From: a bacterium | GTDB taxonomy: Bacteria > Zhuqueibacterota > Zhuqueibacteria > Oceanimicrobiales > Oceanimicrobiaceae | NCBI GenBank assembly: GCA_046757025.1 | Contig: JBHHXN010000085.1 | Coordinates: 1-22,159, forward strand | Length of the DNA stretch: 22,159 bases | Direction: 5' to 3' | The notes under the pieces: model-generated | Told to the model about the DNA's origin: nothing | What the model saw: the letters and a program-made list of their open reading frames with translations, nothing else | Databases searched by the model: none | In this document: positions 17,743 through 22,159 of the stretch, one piece after another | Position numbering within the stretch: position 1 is the first letter of the stretch | How the letters are laid out: each line of letters opens with the position of its first letter | Made by a program: the position numbers and the translations under genes

Positions 17743-19536
17743 CTAAGCAGCTCTTTGTTCTTTTTCTTGATACGCGTATTGCAGTTGATACAACTTGTAA
17801 TAAAGGCCTCCCAACGCTAACAGCTCCTGATGCGTGCCCATTTCGCGAATTTCACCTTTGTGCAACACGATAATCCGATCCGCGTTCTGAATGGTTGACA
17901 GACGGTGTGCCACCACCAGCGATGTGCGGTTTTGCATCAATCGCTCCAGGGCCTCCTGAATCAGGATTTCGGTCTCGGTGTCCACACTGGAGGTGGCTTC
18001 ATCCAAAATCAGCACCGCGGGATTGAACGCCAGAGCCCTGGCAAAAGCCAGAAGCTGCCGCTGCCCCACGGAAAGACTGCGACCGCGTTCTTGCACGGGC
18101 TGTTGGAATTTTTGCGGCAGCTTTTGAATAAAGCTGTCGGCATGTACATCACGCGCCGCTTGCTGAAGCCGAGCGTCCGAAATGTTCCGGTTACCCAGTC
18201 GAATGTTGTATTCCACCGTGCCGTCAAAAAGAAAGACATCCTGCAACACCATTCCAAAATTCGCACGCAGCTCGGATTGGTCAATTTTTTTGATATTTCT
18301 TCCATCCAGGAAAATTTCACCTTTGTTCACTTCATAAAATTTCAACAACAAATTCATAATGGATGTTTTGCCGGCGCCGGTTGCTCCCACAAAAGCGATT
18401 TTTTCTCCCGGCTCAACTCGAAAAGAGATGTCTTTTAATACGTAATCGTCTTTATTGTAAGCAAACCAAACATTTTTGAACTCGATTTCTCCTTTAGCGG
18501 GTTTGGACAGTTTGACCGTGGCTGTAGCTCTTTGCTCAATGGGCGTATCCAACAAGCCAAAGATCCGCTCAGAAGAGGCCATAGCTGACTGCATGATATT
18601 GTATTTCTCTGAAAGATCCATGATCGGTCGGAAAAACATTTCCGCGTACTGAATAAAGGCTACTAATGCGCCAAAAGTTAAAGCTCCCTGAATTATGCGA
18701 CCACCGCCATACCAGACGATCAGGGCGATGGCGACCGAGCTGATAATGCGCACTGAGGGGTAAAAAAGCGCAAAATAAAAGACGGTCTTCAAGTAGGCTT
18801 GTAGATGGTCGTGATTGAGCTGATCGAATTTTTCAAAATTCTTTCTTTCGCGATTAAAAATTTGAACCACCGCCATGCCGGTGATGTTTTCCTGAAGAAA
18901 AGCATTGATGCGGGCGATGCGCACCCGAATCTGACGAAAGGAACCTCTGACTTTTTTCTTGAACAAAAAAGTCGCATAAAACAAAAACGGCAGCACCGAA
19001 AACGTGATGAGAGCCAGACGCCAGTTTAAAGTCAGCAAAATCACGACGATGCCCAGTAATTTGAAAATGTCGCCAAATATGGCCACCACGCCCGAAGACA
19101 GCATTTGGTGGAGGCTCTCGATGTCGGTGGTGACCCGGGTCACGATGCGACCCACGGGATTTTTATCGAAGTAAGGAATGGGCAATTTTTGAATGTGAGC
19201 AAATAATTGTTTTCGCAAATCGTACATGGCCTTCTGACCTATCCAGTTGATGAGGTAGGTCTGCAAAAAAATCAGAAAAAACTCAACCACCAAAATACCC
19301 AGAAATAGGAGGCAAATGATATTTAACCCACTGAAATCATTTTTGGCGATATAATTATCGATACCCAATTTCGTGAGGAACGGTCCGGCTAGTTGTGTGA
19401 AGGAAGCGACCAAAAGCACAAAAACAGACAACACCACTACGGTTTTGAAGGGCGTTAAATACGACAACAACCGAGCCATCAATCGGCTGTCGTAAGATTT
19501 TTCGAGGATTTCCTCCTCGTGAAAATTTTGACTCAA
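17743..19536 (-). CDS. ABC exporter subunit (fused TMD-NBD), MdlB/YheH-like half of a heterodimer
   Basis: Hydrophobic TMD, Walker A GATGAGKT, degenerate signature LSVGQ, Walker B LILDE and AHR switch; TTG start. Confidence 0.95.
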   Translation of the reverse strand: MSQNFHEEEILEKSYDSRLMARLLSYLTPFKTVVVLSVFVLLVASFTQLAGPFLTKLGIDNYIAKNDFSGLNIICLLFLGILVVEFFLIFLQTYLINWIGQKAMYDLRKQLFAHIQKLPIPYFDKNPVGRIVTRVTTDIESLHQMLSSGVVAIFGDIFKLLGIVVILLTLNWRLALITFSVLPFLFYATFLFKKKVRGSFRQIRVRIARINAFLQENITGMAVVQIFNRERKNFEKFDQLNHDHLQAYLKTVFYFALFYPSVRIISSVAIALIVWYGGGRIIQGALTFGALVAFIQYAEMFFRPIMDLSEKYNIMQSAMASSERIFGLLDTPIEQRATATVKLSKPAKGEIEFKNVWFAYNKDDYVLKDISFRVEPGEKIAFVGATGAGKTSIMNLLLKFYEVNKGEIFLDGRNIKKIDQSELRANFGMVLQDVFLFDGTVEYNIRLGNRNISDARLQQAARDVHADSFIQKLPQKFQQPVQERGRSLSVGQRQLLAFARALAFNPAVLILDEATSSVDTETEILIQEALERLMQNRTSLVVAHRLSTIQNADRIIVLHKGEIREMGTHQELLALGGLYYKLYQLQYAYQEKEQRAA

Positions 19537-19656
19537 AATTCGGTTACTCCGCTTTTTTCAACAACGGCGTCTCTCAGAATTGATGACATCATACCGCCAA
19601 TTCTGACGCTTTTTGTGGTTTTGACGCATCCGTACCATTCCACCCTTTACTCATCA

Positions 19657-21396
19657 TCAATAACTCGCCAGGGCTTCTTCCAACAATTGCAGCCGATACA
19701 ATTCAGCGTAAAGCCCATCCTTGGCTAACAGCTCATCATGGGTACCGCTTTCTTTTATCGCACCGTCATCCAAAACCACGATCAGGTCGGCCTCCCGCAC
19801 GGCTGAAACGCGATGCGAAACGAGGATACTGGTACGTTCTTTCATGATCCCGCGCAGTTGCGTCAGGATCGCCTCTTCAGTGTAAGTATCCACCGCCGAC
19901 AGCGAATCGTCCAGAATCAGGATACGCGGCTTGCGGATGATGGCGCGGCTGATGGCGGTTCGCTGCTTTTGTCCACCAGAAATATTGATACCGCGCTCTC
20001 CGAGTATGGTGTCAAAACCGTGCGGAAACTCCAGAATTTCATTTTTTATCTGGGAATCGGCCGCCGCTTGTTCGATTGCCTGCAGGTCGGGCGAGGGCAC
20101 GCCAAATGCAATGTTGGCTTTGATGGAATCCGAAAACAAAAAAGGGTCCTGAGGAACGTAACCGATGGCGCCCCGCAATGTTTGCAAAGGGATTTCCTTG
20201 ATGTTGACGCCGTCTATTCGTACCTCCCCTTCACTGGTTTCTATCAAGCGCGGGATGAGATTGATCAGGGTCGATTTTCCCGAACCCGTTTTTCCGACAA
20301 TGGCCAGAGTCATGCCTTGCTTGATCTGCAAGTTGATATTTCTTAGCACGGGGACGCCATTGTAAGAAAACGAAACATTGCGAAATTCGATTTCACCTTT
20401 TACCTGTTGAATTTCGCTCCTTGTATGTTCATCATCTTTAATTTCCGGCTCCACTTCAAAAATTCGATTGATGCGCCCCATGGAAGCCGTACCCTGTTGA
20501 ATCAAATTGATCACCCAACCCAGTGCAATCATGGGCCAGGTCAGGCGGGCGAGATAGGCAAAAAAGGCCACAAATTCGCCGAGGGATATGGCGTCATGCA
20601 TGACCAAATGACCGCCATACCACAGAATGATCAGCGTGCCCGAGGCGCCCAGCAAAGTCATGGAGGCGAGTAAAATTCCTCGTATTTTAGCCATGCTCAA
20701 ATTGCGCTTGATATACTCTCGATTTAAGATTTTGAAACTTTCAATTTCACGCTGTTCCTGCACATAAGCTTTGACCACCCGCATGCCGGCGAGGTTTTCC
20801 TGCACTTTGGAAGTGATGCTGGCATATTGAGTTTGAATCTGTTGGTAGATATGGTGAAGCTTTTTAGCTGTACGGTACACCGTCAGCGCCATGATGGGAA
20901 ATGGCGCCAGGGCCAATAAAGTCAATTTAGCATTGATAAGCGCCATGACCGTAATAAAAGCGGTCATGGAAACCATCGTATTAAAGGAGTACATGATGGC
21001 CGGGCCCACCACCTGACGTACCGCTTCCAGGTCGTTGGTTGCGCGCGCCATCAAATCGCCCGTTTTGAACTTGTGGTAGAAGGTTTGGGAAAGTGTTTGA
21101 ATATGACTAAAAAAATCATTGCGCAAATCGTATTCAATTTTGCGCGAAACCCCGATGATGGTGTGGCGCATGAGAAACAAAAACAGGCCTTCCAGCAGCG
21201 CCACACCCACCAGCAAAGCCGCGTACTTCAGAAGCGCGTTTGTGGTTATTTGTAGCTTAAGGGTGTCGATGGCCTGCTTCAAAACCCAGGGGCCAATCAA
21301 TGCAAACAAATTTGTAATGATCACAAAGCCGCAGCCGAGCATCAGACTTTTTTTATGACGACTTAAATATTTTTTGAGGCGTATTAATTCGTTAAT
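19657..21396 (-). CDS. ABC exporter subunit (fused TMD-NBD), MdlA/YheI-like half of a heterodimer; likely ATT start at 21396
   Basis: Walker A GKTGSGKS, signature ISGGQ, Walker B ILILDD (catalytic E replaced by D) and SHR. The frame is open upstream of ATG 21342 as INELIRLKKYLSRHKKSL, with GGAG 7 nt before the ATT. Confidence 0.93.
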   Translation of the reverse strand: MNELIRLKKYLSRHKKSLMLGCGFVIITNLFALIGPWVLKQAIDTLKLQITTNALLKYAALLVGVALLEGLFLFLMRHTIIGVSRKIEYDLRNDFFSHIQTLSQTFYHKFKTGDLMARATNDLEAVRQVVGPAIMYSFNTMVSMTAFITVMALINAKLTLLALAPFPIMALTVYRTAKKLHHIYQQIQTQYASITSKVQENLAGMRVVKAYVQEQREIESFKILNREYIKRNLSMAKIRGILLASMTLLGASGTLIILWYGGHLVMHDAISLGEFVAFFAYLARLTWPMIALGWVINLIQQGTASMGRINRIFEVEPEIKDDEHTRSEIQQVKGEIEFRNVSFSYNGVPVLRNINLQIKQGMTLAIVGKTGSGKSTLINLIPRLIETSEGEVRIDGVNIKEIPLQTLRGAIGYVPQDPFLFSDSIKANIAFGVPSPDLQAIEQAAADSQIKNEILEFPHGFDTILGERGINISGGQKQRTAISRAIIRKPRILILDDSLSAVDTYTEEAILTQLRGIMKERTSILVSHRVSAVREADLIVVLDDGAIKESGTHDELLAKDGLYAELYRLQLLEEALASY

Positions 21397-21444
21397 GGCG
21401 CCACTCCAGTTTGTGCACGTTGCTCAACATATAAACAAACGTGC

Positions 21445-21473
21445 AAAATACGAATTAATCAACACTTTTACAA
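21445..21473 (-). promoter_or_regulatory. Putative sigma-70 promoter of the ABC exporter operon
   Basis: Minus strand TTGTAA-N17-TATTTT, 49 bp upstream of the ATT. Confidence 0.35.
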
Positions 21474-21499
21474 GTAGAAATTTGGGCGGAATGTCAAAC

Positions 21500-21843
21500 C
21501 TCAGGTACTGAATGGTTGATGTCATTCTGGTAGAATCTTTTTTATAAAACAGCACTTTACTTTAAATTAAGAGTAACGATTCAGCCTAAACCGTCGTGCT
21601 AAGCGCAAACTTCCAAATACTGAACATCGCACCGGCAGTATGTGCGCGCGAAGCACCTCGCGAACAAGTTAAGAGATTCTTCGCACTTCCGCACCAGTGG
21701 AGATGAGCAAAGAATCCAGAGCTTGTGCTCAGAATGATAACCCAGGCTGATTTGTGACAATTAATAAAGATTCCTACTGCTTGCTCGGAGTTTTTTCGGG
21801 GTCGGCAACGAGCAAATTTGGGAGAATGACAAAGCCCCCTGAG
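21500..21843. repeat. Nested degenerate REP-like palindromic elements
   Basis: Inverted pairs CTCAGG/CCTGAG, TGTCATTCT/AGAATGACA, GAATCTTT/AAAGATTC and TCAGCCT/AGGCTGA surround an inner GTCGTGCTAAGCGCA...GCGAAGCACCTC...GAGATTCTTCGC...TGCTCAGAATGAT unit. Confidence 0.6.
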
Positions 21844-22058
21844 TTTGGTTCGTCGTACATCCTGTCATTTTGGAAACGGGATCATACCACACCCCACCTT
21901 GAGTGAGGTCTGACGAGGGAAGTTAAATTGAAGTGGAGGGAACTGAATCGTGAAAACTTTTCTATGCCCTGGAGCAAACGCTATCGGAAGATGATGATTT
22001 CGAGTGGCCGTTTTAACCTGAGGGTCCCTAAGTATCGCGATTCCGTATTACCGTTGCA

Positions 22059-22122
22059 GTCATTGCGAGGAGTGCAAAGACGAAACAATCTCCTTATTTT
22101 CAGAAAGTTAGGAGATTGCTTC
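22059..22122. repeat. Truncated REP/RPE-like palindromic element (GTCATTGCGAG type)
   Basis: GTCATTGCGAGGAG...GACGAAACAATCTCCT...AGGAGATTGCTTC. The inverted repeat at 22082-22094/22110-22122 has one mismatch, and the usual right end (CTCGCAATGAC) is absent. Confidence 0.65.
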
Positions 22123-22159
22123 TACGGCTATCCAGTTAACTCAGCTTGAACTTATAAAA

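Noticed and set aside
19651..19659. TGA recoding (Sec, Trp or Gly) suggested by tandem TGA codons
   Set aside because: TGA ends sucD, arcC, the arcE-like gene and yceD at the expected C-termini, and no conserved gene has an internal TGA.
21865..21925. Possible hammerhead ribozyme: GAAAC, then a short hairpin ACCTT-GAGT-GAGGT directly before CTGACGAG
   Set aside because: The NUH cleavage triplet before stem I is missing (CCCC instead), and no stem II closing pair can be formed.
21928..22149. 73-aa ORF on the + strand
   Set aside because: No recognisable motif, and it runs through a palindromic repeat; probably spurious.
1..22159. CRISPR array, tRNA, rRNA or transposase genes
   Set aside because: No regularly spaced direct repeats, cloverleaf or rRNA signatures, or transposase ORFs were seen.

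Overview
A mostly housekeeping bacterial window. Gene order and protein style suggest an FCB-group or KSB1/Calditrichota-like organism, which is inference only. Left end (+ strand): the 3' fragment of a type ISP-like restriction-modification gene, a staphylococcal-nuclease-family gene, a 146-bp MITE-like element containing a REP doublet, a small membrane protein and a FadI-type thiolase. Centre (- strand, 15432 to 3329): one co-oriented run of a COG2403 P-loop protein (probably arginine synthetase ArcE), carbamate kinase, sucC, sucD, ndk, yceD, rpmF, plsX, fabH, fabD, fabG, acpP, fabF and rnc. Diverging from this run are a strong sigma-54 promoter match, a long structured leader and an orphan OmpR/PhoB-family regulator. 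Right end (- strand): a heterodimeric ABC exporter and a putative lipoprotein, followed by nested, degenerate palindromic repeats. The most notable points are (i) a likely ATP-conserving ArcE-carbamate kinase module placed directly upstream of sucCD-ndk, (ii) the sigma-54-driven structured leader RNA, and (iii) two conserved genes that appear to start at ATC and ATT codons.
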